Shown: one piece after another, positions 12,694 through 22,205 of the stretch
Numbering within the stretch: position 1 is the stretch's first letter
Layout of the letters: the number at the start of each line of letters is the position of its first letter
NCBI GenBank assembly: GCA_900542625.1
Contig: UQOH01000001.1
Span: 43,255-107,254 of the forward strand
DNA length: 64,000 bases
Reading direction: 5' to 3'
From: an uncultured Fusobacterium sp.
Lineage (GTDB): Bacteria > Fusobacteriota > Fusobacteriia > Fusobacteriales > Fusobacteriaceae
Notes under the pieces: model-generated
Seen by the model: the letters and a program-made list of their open reading frames with translations, nothing else
What the model was told of the DNA's origin: nothing
Database searches by the model: none
Position numbers and translations under genes: made by a program

Positions 12694-12725
12694 AGAAGAC
12701 CTGGCTATAAATAGACAGGTCTTCT
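12694..12725 (+). promoter_or_regulatory. intercistronic stem-loop between dctP and dctQ
   Basis: 10-bp stem agaagacctg/caggtcttct. There is no T-run after it on the plus strand, so it may be an mRNA-stabilising or partial-termination hairpin that raises SBP stoichiometry. Confidence 0.4.
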
Positions 12726-12755
12726 CTAAAAAATAGGATATTTAGGGGGTAGAAA

Positions 12756-13268
12756 GTGAAAATATCAGAAAAATTTCAAAAAGTTGAAGACATGATAATG
12801 GTAGTAACATTTATTATAATGGTTGTTTCATGTTTTGCTCAAGTTGTAAATAGAAATATTTTTCAGATTCCAGTTTCAGGTTTCGAAGAAGCTGCAAAAT
12901 ATTCAATGGTATACATGGTGCTTCTTGGAACAGAAATGGGACTTAGAGATGGAACTCAAATATCAGTTACAGCAGTAGTAGATATGCTAAAAGGAACAAC
13001 TAAAAAGATAGTTATGATTATTTCTAAAGGAATTGTAGTTTTAGTTTCAGCAGCTCTTTTCTATCATTCTATAGGACTTGTACAAAGACAGATAATTTCA
13101 GGACAGACTTCACCAGGATTACAGATTCCTATGTCTATTCCTTATTTTGCTTTAGTATTAAGCTTTGGAATAATTACTCTTGTTCAGGGAGTAACTTTAA
13201 TAATGATGATAACAGGTAAAATAAAAATGGATAGCAATGAAGAACAAAGTGAAGGAGGAAAAGAATAA
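12756..13268 (+). CDS. dctQ: TRAP transporter small permease (DctQ)
   Basis: 170 aa, 4 predicted TM helices. Sits between dctP and dctM. Its stop overlaps the dctM start. Confidence 0.8.
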   Translation: MKISEKFQKVEDMIMVVTFIIMVVSCFAQVVNRNIFQIPVSGFEEAAKYSMVYMVLLGTEMGLRDGTQISVTAVVDMLKGTTKKIVMIISKGIVVLVSAALFYHSIGLVQRQIISGQTSPGLQIPMSIPYFALVLSFGIITLVQGVTLIMMITGKIKMDSNEEQSEGGKE

Positions 13269-14545
13269 TGACAGGATTAATTTTATTTGGATCATTTGCA
13301 GTTCTTTTAATATTAGGTGTGCCGATAGCAATGTCTCTTGGTGCAGCAGGTATGGCAACAATTCTTTTCAGTCCTGATGTTCATCTTTCAATAAATGTTA
13401 TTGCTCAAAGAATATTTGGTGGACTTGATTCTACATCAATAATGGCTATTGCATTTTTCGTTCTTGCTGGAAACATAATGACTAAAGGTGGAATATCAAG
13501 AAGACTTGTAGAATTTGCCAATGCGATAGTAGGAGGATTCAGAGGAGGACTTGGATTAGCTCTGGTTCTTGCTTGTGCTTTCTTTGCTGCTTTATCAGGA
13601 TCAGCACCAGCAACAGTTGTTGCTATTGGTGTAATGCTTTATCCTGATATGGTTAAACTTGGTTATCCAAAAGAGAGAGTTGCAGGGCTGTTAGTGGTTT
13701 CTGGAGGATTAGGACCAATCATTCCTCCAAGTATCATAATGGTTGTTTATGCAACAATTACAGGTGCTTCAGTTGGCGATATGTTTAAATCAGGAATGGC
13801 AATAGGATTAATGATAATGGCTGTTCTAATGATAGTTGTTGTATTCTATGCTTATAAAGAAAAATGGCCTCAGACAAGAGTGAAAATGTCGCTTAATGAA
13901 TTTTTAACAACTTTTGTTAAAGCAATACCAGCTCTTCTTCTTCCAATTATAATTCTTGGAGGAATTTACTCAGGTGTTTTAACTCCGACAGAATCATCAG
14001 CGGTTGCAGTTGTATGGTCATTAATAACAGGAATGTTTATCTATAAAGAAGTTTCATTAAAAGATCTGTATGAAATCTTCCTTGATTCAGCCAAAGGTTC
14101 AGCAATGATTTTATTTATCATTGCTACATCAACAGCATTTGCATGGTTATTTGCCTTTGTTGGAATTTCAGCTCAGCTTGTAAACTTTGTAGTAGGATTA
14201 AATTTAACTCCTACACTATTCTGTTTTGTTGTAGCAGTAATTCTTCTAATATTTGGAGTATTCCTTGAAGGAATAGCGACTTGTGTATTAATGGTTCCAG
14301 TTTTATGGCCGATAGCAAAAGCTCTTGGAATAGATGCAGTTCACTTTGGTATGATTGTTTCTATTTCAAATGTAATAGGAACAATGACTCCGCCAGTGGC
14401 AGTAAATATATTCTCTGCAGCAAGTGTAACAAAATTAAAAATGGGAGATATTGCAAAAGGACAGCTTCCATTCTTCGTTGGATATGTAGTGGTATTCTTC
14501 CTTGTGGTGCTAGTACCAGCGTTTAGTACATTTTTATTAAAATAA
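13268..14545 (+). CDS. dctM: TRAP transporter large permease (DctM)
   Basis: 425 aa polytopic membrane protein with DctM-family sequence character. Confidence 0.9.
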   Translation: MTGLILFGSFAVLLILGVPIAMSLGAAGMATILFSPDVHLSINVIAQRIFGGLDSTSIMAIAFFVLAGNIMTKGGISRRLVEFANAIVGGFRGGLGLALVLACAFFAALSGSAPATVVAIGVMLYPDMVKLGYPKERVAGLLVVSGGLGPIIPPSIIMVVYATITGASVGDMFKSGMAIGLMIMAVLMIVVVFYAYKEKWPQTRVKMSLNEFLTTFVKAIPALLLPIIILGGIYSGVLTPTESSAVAVVWSLITGMFIYKEVSLKDLYEIFLDSAKGSAMILFIIATSTAFAWLFAFVGISAQLVNFVVGLNLTPTLFCFVVAVILLIFGVFLEGIATCVLMVPVLWPIAKALGIDAVHFGMIVSISNVIGTMTPPVAVNIFSAASVTKLKMGDIAKGQLPFFVGYVVVFFLVVLVPAFSTFLLK

Positions 14546-14580
14546 TTTTCAATTTTTATAAAATTTTAGGAGGTTTTTAA

Positions 14581-15381
14581 ATGTGTAGCAAAGAGAATAA
14601 AGAAAGAATGGAAAAATGGAGTGTACAGTCTTCAGATGAATTAGGTTTTCATGAAGTAATAACTCCTTCTAACAGTGATTGTGTAGCAGCTCAAATATTT
14701 AGATTAAATATGACAGCTGGACAGTCATACATACTTGAATCAAAAGATTTAGAACTTCATCCAGTTTTAATAAAAGGAAAAGCTGAAATAAGTGAACACC
14801 CTATTTTAAATGAAAAAATGGACAAATTTGATTCTTTTTACATTCCTGCTAACAACACTATAAAAATAACAGCAGTAGAAGATTGTATATTCTATATAGC
14901 AGGAGCAAAATGTGAAGGATTAGGAAAACCTTCATTCAGAAAATTTGATATAACTCTTCCAATAGGAGGCATTCATCAAATTCATGGAGAGGGAGTAGGG
15001 CAAAGAGAAGTTATGTTTACTTTAGCTCCGCAAGATAGAGCTTCAAGATTAATCTGCGGAATAACTTGGGGAGGAGAGGGAGCTTGGACAAGCTGGCCGC
15101 CTCATCAGCATGAAAAAGATTTAGAAGAAGTTTATTGTTATTTTGATATGGATCTTCCTAAATTTGGTTTCCATGTAAGTTACTTAAAAAGCGGAGAAGT
15201 AGAAGATATTGTAACGCACATTGTAAAATCAGGAACAATGGTTCAGGCTCCATGTGGATATCATCCAACAGTAGCAAGCCCTGGAACAAAAAATACATAT
15301 TTATGGGTTCTTTCAGCTTTCGCTCCAAAGAGCAGAAGCTATGATCTTGCAATATTAGACCCAGCATATTCAAAAAAATAA
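14581..15381 (+). CDS. KduI/IolB-family sugar isomerase (5-deoxy-glucuronate isomerase-like; candidate DKI isomerase)
   Basis: 266 aa cupin with IolB-like motifs (WPPHQHE…EEVYCYFDMD…GYHP…YLWVLSA). Adjacent to a KduD-like SDR. Confidence 0.7.
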   Translation: MCSKENKERMEKWSVQSSDELGFHEVITPSNSDCVAAQIFRLNMTAGQSYILESKDLELHPVLIKGKAEISEHPILNEKMDKFDSFYIPANNTIKITAVEDCIFYIAGAKCEGLGKPSFRKFDITLPIGGIHQIHGEGVGQREVMFTLAPQDRASRLICGITWGGEGAWTSWPPHQHEKDLEEVYCYFDMDLPKFGFHVSYLKSGEVEDIVTHIVKSGTMVQAPCGYHPTVASPGTKNTYLWVLSAFAPKSRSYDLAILDPAYSKK

Positions 15382-15425
15382 AAATCATATTATATAAAAA
15401 TTGAAACTATTAAGGAGGTTTTAAA

Positions 15426-16190
15426 ATGAGTTTTTTAGATTTAACAGGTAAAAAAGCAATAGTAACAGGAGCTGCCCAAGGTTTAAGTTTTGGAATGGCA
15501 GAAGGACTTATGGAAGCAGGAGCAGAAGTATGTATTTTAGATATAAATCCTAAGGTTATAGAAGTGGCAGAAGATTTTAACAAAAGAGGATTCAAATGTC
15601 ATGGAATTATGGCTAATATTGCAAAAGAGGGAGAAAGAGAAGAAGCTTTCGCAAATGCAGTATCAAAATTAGGAGATCACTTAGATATCTTAGTAAACAG
15701 TGCAGGAGTTCAAAGACGTCATAAAAGTGAAGAATTTCCATTAAGCGACTGGAAATTTGTTTTAGATGTAAACTTAACAGCTGTATTTGTTTTATCACAA
15801 CTTGCTGCAAAACAATTTATGAAACAGGAATCTAAAGGAAAAATTATAAATATAGCATCCATGCTTTCATTCTTTGGAGGATATACAATTCCAGCTTATG
15901 CAGCATCAAAAGGTGGAGTAGCACAGCTTACAAAAGCTTTTTGTAATGAATGGGCTGAAAAAGGAATAAATATTAATGCTCTGGCACCAGGATATATGGA
16001 TACAGAAATGAATGTGGCTCTTACAGATCCATCTAATCCAAGATATTTAGAGATTACTAACCGTATTCCAGCTAAGAGATGGGGAACACCAGCTGATATG
16101 AAAGGTCCAGTTGTATTCTTAGCATCAGAAGCATCAGATTATTTAAACGGAGCAATAATACCAGTAGATGGAGGATATTTAGTTAAGTAA
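15426..16190 (+). CDS. kduD: SDR oxidoreductase, 2-dehydro-3-deoxy-D-gluconate 5-dehydrogenase-like
   Basis: 254 aa with the TGAAQGLS Rossmann motif and a Y-x3-K catalytic pair. Typical partner of KduI. Confidence 0.75.
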   Translation: MSFLDLTGKKAIVTGAAQGLSFGMAEGLMEAGAEVCILDINPKVIEVAEDFNKRGFKCHGIMANIAKEGEREEAFANAVSKLGDHLDILVNSAGVQRRHKSEEFPLSDWKFVLDVNLTAVFVLSQLAAKQFMKQESKGKIINIASMLSFFGGYTIPAYAASKGGVAQLTKAFCNEWAEKGININALAPGYMDTEMNVALTDPSNPRYLEITNRIPAKRWGTPADMKGPVVFLASEASDYLNGAIIPVDGGYLVK

Positions 16191-16220
16191 TTTTAATTAA
16201 GTTATTTTTGGGAGGAATAA

Positions 16221-17171
16221 ATGAAAGTTATAATTACAGATTGCGATCACGCAAATATTGATATAGAAACAGGAATATTAAATAAAGCAGGTTTAGAATT
16301 TGAATTAAAACAATGTAAAACAGAAGAAGATTTAATAGAACAATGTAAAGACGGAAATATATTTATAAATCAATACGCTCCAATAACAAGAAAAGTAATG
16401 GAAGCATTGCCAAATTTAAAAATGGTAGTTCGCTATGGAGTTGGAGTTAACAATGTTGATGTAAAAGCAGCTACAGATTTAGGTGTTCAAGTATGTAATG
16501 TTCCTGACTACGGAATGAACGAAGTTGCAGATCAAGCTATAGCTATGATGATGGCTCTTGTAAGAAAAGTAGTAACAATGAATAAATATACTAAAGAAAC
16601 TAAATGGGATTATATTCATTCTATGCCTATAAGACGTAACAGTACAATGACTGTAGGAGTTGTAGGTTTAGGACGTATAGGACGTAACTTTGCTGAAAAA
16701 GCTCATTATTTAGGATTTAATGTAATGGGATATGATCCTTACTTTAAGCCAACAGAAGAAACAAAATTTATAGTTCCATCTACAATAAATGAAATAGTTG
16801 AAAAATCAGATATTGTATCTATTCATTGTCCGCTTGATGGAAATAGAGATTTATTTAATGCTGAAACATTTAAACGTATGAAAAATACAGCATACATTAT
16901 CAATGTTTCTCGTGGAGGAATTATAAATGAAAAAGCATTAGATGAAGCATTAACAAATGGAGAAATTGCAGGAGCAGCTCTTGACTGTGTTGAGTTTGAG
17001 CCAATGATGCCGGGATCACCATTATTTAAACATGAAAACTTAATAGTATCTCCTCATATGGGATGGTATTCAGAAGAAGCAGCAGCAGAACTAAAACGTA
17101 AAGTTGCAGAAGAATCTGTAAGATTTGCAGGTGGAGAAGCAGTTCACTATCCTGTAAATAAATTAAAATAA
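16221..17171 (+). CDS. D-isomer-specific 2-hydroxyacid dehydrogenase
   Basis: 316 aa with the [16 protein letters not shown]-binding motif and catalytic R/E/H spacing. Confidence 0.8.
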   Translation: MKVIITDCDHANIDIETGILNKAGLEFELKQCKTEEDLIEQCKDGNIFINQYAPITRKVMEALPNLKMVVRYGVGVNNVDVKAATDLGVQVCNVPDYGMNEVADQAIAMMMALVRKVVTMNKYTKETKWDYIHSMPIRRNSTMTVGVVGLGRIGRNFAEKAHYLGFNVMGYDPYFKPTEETKFIVPSTINEIVEKSDIVSIHCPLDGNRDLFNAETFKRMKNTAYIINVSRGGIINEKALDEALTNGEIAGAALDCVEFEPMMPGSPLFKHENLIVSPHMGWYSEEAAAELKRKVAEESVRFAGGEAVHYPVNKLK

Positions 17172-17186
17172 TCAGAGGAGATAACT

Positions 17187-18155
17187 ATGAAAGATATATT
17201 AAAAAAAATAGAAGAAATAGGAATAGTTCCAGTTGTAAAACTAGAAAAAATAGAAGATGCTCTTCCATTAGCTAAAGCACTTTGTGAAGGAGGACTTCCA
17301 TGTGCAGAAGTAACGTTCAGAACAGAGATATGTGCTGATGTAATAAAAGTAATGAAAGAAAATTATCCAGAAATGGTAGTTGGAGCAGGAACAGTATTAA
17401 CTATAAAACAAGTAGATGAGGCTATGGAAGCAGGAGCAGAATTTATAGTAAGTCCTGGTCTTAATCCGGAAATAGTTGATTATTGTAACAAAAAAGGAAT
17501 AGTTATTACTCCAGGATGTGCAAATCCAAGTGATGTGGAACAAGCAATAAAATATGGTCTTAAAACAGTTAAATTTTTCCCGGCAGAAAGTGCTGGAGGA
17601 TTAAAAATGATAAAAGCTATGAGTGCTCCTTATATAAATATTAAGTTTATGCCTACAGGCGGAATCAATGCAGAAAATTTAAATACTTATTTAGACTTTG
17701 AAAAAATAATTGCTTGTGGTGGAACATGGATGGTACCGTCAGATCTTATAGCTAAAAAAGATTTTGACAGTATTAAAAATTTAACAAAAACAGCTGTGGA
17801 AAATATGCTTGGATTCTCTCTTGCTCATATAGGATTAAATACAGCAGATTCAGAAGAAGCGGAAAATGCAGCTGACACATTTGAAAAGATTTTTGGATTT
17901 AAAAAAGCTGCAAATCCAAACTCAATTTTCGCAGGAAGTTATATTGAAGCAATGCGTTCACCATATTTAGGAAAAAATGGTCATATAGCTATTTTTACAA
18001 ACTATATTGAACGTGCAATAGCATATCTTGAAAGAAATGGAGTTAAATTTAATAAAGAAAGTGCTAAATATAATCCAGCAGGAAAATTGGGCGCTATATA
18101 TTTAGAACAGGAAATAGGTGGTTTTGCAGTACATTTAGTACAAAAAGCTAAATAA
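17187..18155 (+). CDS. eda: KDPG/KHG aldolase (Eda) with ~110-aa C-terminal extension
   Basis: The N-terminal ~210 aa is Eda-like (GIVPVVKLEKIEDALPLAKAL, active-site K region). Residues ~215-322 form an extra domain (GFSLAHIGLNTADSEEAENAADTFEKIFGF…). Confidence 0.8.
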   Translation: MKDILKKIEEIGIVPVVKLEKIEDALPLAKALCEGGLPCAEVTFRTEICADVIKVMKENYPEMVVGAGTVLTIKQVDEAMEAGAEFIVSPGLNPEIVDYCNKKGIVITPGCANPSDVEQAIKYGLKTVKFFPAESAGGLKMIKAMSAPYINIKFMPTGGINAENLNTYLDFEKIIACGGTWMVPSDLIAKKDFDSIKNLTKTAVENMLGFSLAHIGLNTADSEEAENAADTFEKIFGFKKAANPNSIFAGSYIEAMRSPYLGKNGHIAIFTNYIERAIAYLERNGVKFNKESAKYNPAGKLGAIYLEQEIGGFAVHLVQKAK

Positions 18156-18170
18156 GGAGGGGTAATATAA

Positions 18171-19199
18171 ATGGCTGAAATAGTAACAATGGGAGAAATA
18201 ATGTTAAGATTATCTCCGCCAGGATGTCAAAGATTTGTTCAGGCAACAACCTTTGATGTAAATTATGGTGGAAGTGAAGGAAATATAGCAGTATGTTTAG
18301 CTAATTATGGACATAACACAGCATATATTACAAAACTTCCTAAAAATGCTATAGGAGATTGTGTCGTAGCAACTCTTCGTAAATATAATGTAGATTGTTC
18401 TGCTATTGCAAGAGGCGGAAACAGACTTGGTATATATTTCTTAGAAAACGGTTCATCAGTAAGACCAGCAAGTGTTGTTTATGACAGAGCAGGTTCATCT
18501 ATGGCACATGCTGTTCCAGAAGATTTTGATTTTGATAATATTTTAAAAGGAGTTAAATGGTTTCATACATCAGGAATTACTCCCGTGTTAAATAAAGAAG
18601 TGGCAGAAGCAACTAAAAAAGCAATGGCAGCAGCGAAAAAAAATGGAGCAATCGTTTCTTTTGACTTAAACTATAGAGCTAAATTATGGACAGAAGGTGT
18701 AGAAGAAAAACAAAAATTAATAGCTGATATGATGCAGTATGTTGATGTGTGCTTTGGAAATGCGAGAGATGCTGCTATGGTTTTAGGATATAAAGATGGA
18801 GATACAGATTTCATTAATGGTGAATACAGCATTTGTGTAAATGAAGAAAATATGCAGAAAGTTATAAAAAAATATGGATTTAAATATTTAGTAAGTTCTT
18901 TAAGAGAGAGTATTTCTGCTTCAGATAACGGATATAGTGCTGTTGTGGCTACAGAAGATAATATCTATGTTGGAAAGAAATTTTTAGTACATATTACAGA
19001 CAGAGTTGGAAGCGGCGATGCTTTTGCTTCAGGATTTATCCATGGTTTAATAATAGGAAAGTCAAAAGAAGAAGCTCTTAATTTTGCAATTGCTTCATCT
19101 GCAATAAAACATACAATACCTGGAGATTTTAATTTTGCAAGTGTTGAAGAAGTTGAAAAACTTGCAAATAGTAATGGAGAAGGAAGAGTTGTAAGATAA
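18171..19199 (+). CDS. kdgK: 2-dehydro-3-deoxygluconokinase (PfkB family)
   Basis: 342 aa ribokinase-fold protein with the C-terminal DRVGSGDAFASGF motif. Confidence 0.8.
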   Translation: MAEIVTMGEIMLRLSPPGCQRFVQATTFDVNYGGSEGNIAVCLANYGHNTAYITKLPKNAIGDCVVATLRKYNVDCSAIARGGNRLGIYFLENGSSVRPASVVYDRAGSSMAHAVPEDFDFDNILKGVKWFHTSGITPVLNKEVAEATKKAMAAAKKNGAIVSFDLNYRAKLWTEGVEEKQKLIADMMQYVDVCFGNARDAAMVLGYKDGDTDFINGEYSICVNEENMQKVIKKYGFKYLVSSLRESISASDNGYSAVVATEDNIYVGKKFLVHITDRVGSGDAFASGFIHGLIIGKSKEEALNFAIASSAIKHTIPGDFNFASVEEVEKLANSNGEGRVVR

Positions 19200-19210
19200 T
19201 TTATTTAAAA

Positions 19211-19241
19211 AAAGAGATATATTTAATGTATCTCTTTTTTA
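19211..19241 (+). terminator. rho-independent terminator after kdgK
   Basis: aagagata…tatctctt followed by tttttt. Confidence 0.6.
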
Positions 19242-19263
19242 TATAAAACATGGAGGAATAGTT

Positions 19264-20988
19264 ATGTTAAAAAGTCAAAAATTAAGAGAAGTAGCTCCAG
19301 AGGTTGATCCTCTTAGAATAGGAATGGGATGGAAAACAGAAGATTTAGATAAACCTCAAATTATGATAGAAAGCACATACGGGGACAGTCATCCGGGAAG
19401 TGCTCATCTAAATAAACTAATATCAGAAGTAGAAAAAGCAATAAAAGAAACTAATGGAAAAGCGGCAAAATATTTTGTTACAGATATATGTGACGGGCAG
19501 GCTCAAGGACATGATGGAATGAATTATTCTCTTGTATCAAGAGAGATGATAGCAGATATGATAGAGATACAAGCTATGGCAACTCCTTTTGATGCTGGAG
19601 TCTTTATAGCAAGTTGTGATAAAGGTCTTCCCGGAAATCTTTGTGCTTTAGCAAGATTAAATATGCCGTCAATAGTAATGACAGGAGGAATAATGGCAGC
19701 TGGACCTGATATGCTCACTTTAGAGCAGCTTGGAGCGTATAGTGCTAGATATGAAAGAGGAGAGATAACAGAAAAAGAATTAATTTTTGCGAAGGAAAAT
19801 GCCTGTCCTTCGTGTGGAGCATGTTCTTTTATGGGGACCGCTTCCACAATGCAGGTAACAGCGGAAGCATTAGGATTAGCTCTTCCTGGTTCAGCTTTAC
19901 TTCCTGCAAATTCAGAAGAAATTAAAATTAAAAGTTTTGAAACAGGAAAAAGAGCAGTTGAAATTGCAGTTGAAGGAATACTGCCTTCAGATATTCTTAC
20001 AGAAAAAGCATTTGAAAATGCAATCATGGTTCATGCTGCGATAGCAGGTTCTTCTAACTCGCTTCTTCATATTCCGGCAATAGCACATGAAGTAGGAATA
20101 GAGCTTGATGCAGAAAAATTTGATAAAATTCATAGAAGAATACCATATATCTTGAATATAAGACCAAGTGGATTTTATCCTGGAGAATATTTTTATTACG
20201 CTGGAGGAGTTCCTGCAATAATGGAAGAGATAAAAGAATTTTTACATCTTGATGTAATGACAGCAACAGGAAAAACTCTTGGTGAAAATCTTGAAGAATT
20301 AAAGAAAAATGGATATTACGAAAAATGTCAGGCTGAATTGGAAAAACGTAATATTAAGAAAGAAGATATAATAAAAACAATAGATAATCCTATTCAAAAA
20401 CAAGGAGCAATAGCAGTTTTAAAAGGAAATCTTGCACCGGAAGGAGCAGTTATAAAACACTCTGCTGTACCAAAAGAAATGCAGAATATAATATTAAAAG
20501 CAAAACCTTTTAACAGTGAAGAGGAAGCAATAAAAGCAGTTCTTACAGGTATTATAAATCCAGGAGATGCTGTTATAATAAGATATGAAGGACCAAAAGG
20601 AAGCGGAATGCCGGAAATGTTTTATACAACAGAAGCGATAGCTTCAGATCCTAGAATATCAGCCTCAACAGCACTTATTACAGATGGAAGATTTTCTGGT
20701 GCTACTCGTGGACCTGCCATAGGACATGTATCTCCAGAGGCAGCAGAAGGAGGACCTATTGCATTTATAGAAGAGGGAGATTTAATTAAAATAAATGTGG
20801 AAAACAGGGAATTAAGTATAGTAGGTATAAATGGAAAAGAACTTTCTTCTGAAGAAATAGAAAAAATTCTTTCAGAAAGAAAATTAAAATGGACAGCACC
20901 AAAACCTAAGTTTACAAAAGGAGCACTTGCAATTTATACAAGATTTGCGGTTTCTCCAATGAAAGGCGGGTATATAGAAATTAAATAA
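19264..20988 (+). CDS. IlvD/EDD-family dehydratase (sugar-acid dehydratase-like)
   Basis: 574 aa. The N-terminal region is IlvD/EDD-like, with a Cys-containing segment (CDKGLPG) and a C-terminal SGATRGPAIGHVSPEA-type motif. Confidence 0.85.
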   Translation: MLKSQKLREVAPEVDPLRIGMGWKTEDLDKPQIMIESTYGDSHPGSAHLNKLISEVEKAIKETNGKAAKYFVTDICDGQAQGHDGMNYSLVSREMIADMIEIQAMATPFDAGVFIASCDKGLPGNLCALARLNMPSIVMTGGIMAAGPDMLTLEQLGAYSARYERGEITEKELIFAKENACPSCGACSFMGTASTMQVTAEALGLALPGSALLPANSEEIKIKSFETGKRAVEIAVEGILPSDILTEKAFENAIMVHAAIAGSSNSLLHIPAIAHEVGIELDAEKFDKIHRRIPYILNIRPSGFYPGEYFYYAGGVPAIMEEIKEFLHLDVMTATGKTLGENLEELKKNGYYEKCQAELEKRNIKKEDIIKTIDNPIQKQGAIAVLKGNLAPEGAVIKHSAVPKEMQNIILKAKPFNSEEEAIKAVLTGIINPGDAVIIRYEGPKGSGMPEMFYTTEAIASDPRISASTALITDGRFSGATRGPAIGHVSPEAAEGGPIAFIEEGDLIKINVENRELSIVGINGKELSSEEIEKILSERKLKWTAPKPKFTKGALAIYTRFAVSPMKGGYIEIK

Positions 20989-21000
20989 ATTTTTCTTTCT

Positions 21001-21019
21001 TATGTGACTTTGTCACATA
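21001..21019. promoter_or_regulatory. perfect palindrome TATGTGAC-TTT-GTCACATA upstream of trxA
   Basis: 8-bp arms resembling a TGTGA/TCACA Crp-family half-site pair. Centred about 41 nt upstream of the predicted TSS (-10 TATAAT at 21039-21044). Confidence 0.35.
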
Positions 21020-21088
21020 CAAAATTTTGAAAAGAGGATATAATAATGTCGTAAAGATGATTAAGACGAATTTAAGGAGGAATAGAAA

Positions 21089-21400
21089 ATGGCAGTTCTA
21101 CATATAACAAAAGATAGTTTTGAAAAAGAGGTTTTAAAATCAGATGTACCTGTATTAGTTGATTTCTGGGCAACTTGGTGTGGACCTTGTAAAGCACTTG
21201 GACCAATACTTGAGGATGTTGACAAAGAGATTACAGGAGCAAAAATAGTGAAGGTAAATGTTGACGAAGAGCCTGAATTATCTTCTATGTTTAGAATTAT
21301 GTCAATTCCAACAATGATTCTATTCAAAGATGGTAAAGCAGTTGATAAAGCAGTTGGTCTGCTTCCAAAAAATGAAGTTCTTAATTTCATAAAAAAATAA
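21089..21400 (+). CDS. trxA: thioredoxin
   Basis: 103 aa with the WCGPC active site. Confidence 0.9.
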   Translation: MAVLHITKDSFEKEVLKSDVPVLVDFWATWCGPCKALGPILEDVDKEITGAKIVKVNVDEEPELSSMFRIMSIPTMILFKDGKAVDKAVGLLPKNEVLNFIKK

Positions 21401-21440
21401 TCCTAAAAACCAAATAAATTTTACAAACTCCCAAAAAAAT

Positions 21441-21476
21441 AACAGAGAGCCCCCCTCTCTGTTATTTGTATTTTTT
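21441..21476. terminator. bidirectional terminator between trxA and the Crp/Fnr gene
   Basis: aacagagag-ccccc-ctctctgtt with T-runs on both strands. Confidence 0.7.
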
Positions 21477-21479
21477 GGA

Positions 21480-22145
21480 TTAAAGCAAAGCTCTAAGTTT
21501 TGCTTTATCAATTAGAGATATTGTTCCACGAGAAACAGAAACCATTTTCTCTGCCTGAAAATATTTCAGCATCCTGGAAACAACTTCTCTTGCAGTTCCC
21601 ATATTTTTGGCAATATAGTCATGCGTCAGATTAAGAATATCTTTTCCGGCTGATTCAGACTGCTCAAGCAGAAATATAGCCAGACGTTTGTCAAAACTCA
21701 TAAATACAATCTGCTCCATCATCCACATAGCTTCAGAAAAACTTTCGTTGATAACACTGTTGGTAAAACTTTCAACAATTATATTTTTATCTTTAAGCTC
21801 TTTATATTTGTGAGGATTTATAAGGTAAACTTCACTGTCTTTTTCAGCATCAACCATAACTTCAAATCTTATATTATTAAGTATACATGCAGCAGAAAGC
21901 ATACATATTTCATATGGATCAAGTCTGTAAAGGGTAATCTCTTTTCCTTCAGCAGAAAGCATGTATACTCTAAGCTGCCCTGATTTTACAACAAGAACAC
22001 CGGTACATTCAGTTGAATCATGGATATTCTGTCCTTGAGAAAATTTAACAAGGGAGCTGTTATTTAAAATTAACTGCTGCTCATCTTTTGTGATTTCATT
22101 CCAAAAAGGAAAAGCTTTTTCAAAAAAAATCCTGCTGTCTGTCAT
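21480..22145 (-). CDS. Crp/Fnr-family transcriptional regulator
   Basis: 221 aa with an N-terminal cNMP-binding-like beta-roll and a C-terminal HTH (…TAREVVSRMLKYFQAEKMV…). Confidence 0.8.
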   Translation of the reverse strand: MTDSRIFFEKAFPFWNEITKDEQQLILNNSSLVKFSQGQNIHDSTECTGVLVVKSGQLRVYMLSAEGKEITLYRLDPYEICMLSAACILNNIRFEVMVDAEKDSEVYLINPHKYKELKDKNIIVESFTNSVINESFSEAMWMMEQIVFMSFDKRLAIFLLEQSESAGKDILNLTHDYIAKNMGTAREVVSRMLKYFQAEKMVSVSRGTISLIDKAKLRALL

Positions 22146-22168
22146 GAATAATCTCTCCTTTTACTTTA

Positions 22169-22195
22169 TAAAAAAGAACGGTTTAAACCGTTCTT
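22169..22195 (-). terminator. terminator downstream of gltX
   Basis: Perfect palindrome aagaacggtttaaaccgttctt followed by a T-run on the minus strand. Confidence 0.65.
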
Positions 22196-22205
22196 TATAT
22201 TTTAA

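Noticed and set aside
12694-12725. dctP-dctQ hairpin as a canonical terminator
   Set aside because: No U-run follows it on the coding strand. It is retained only as an intercistronic structural element.
19524-20027. 167-aa antisense ORF inside the IlvD/EDD dehydratase gene (also similar antisense ORFs at 1284-1475, 4412-4630, 11619-11993, 21061-21390, 55929-56348)
   Set aside because: Each is embedded in the opposite strand of a well-supported conserved CDS. None has an RBS or motifs. They are typical spurious ORFs.
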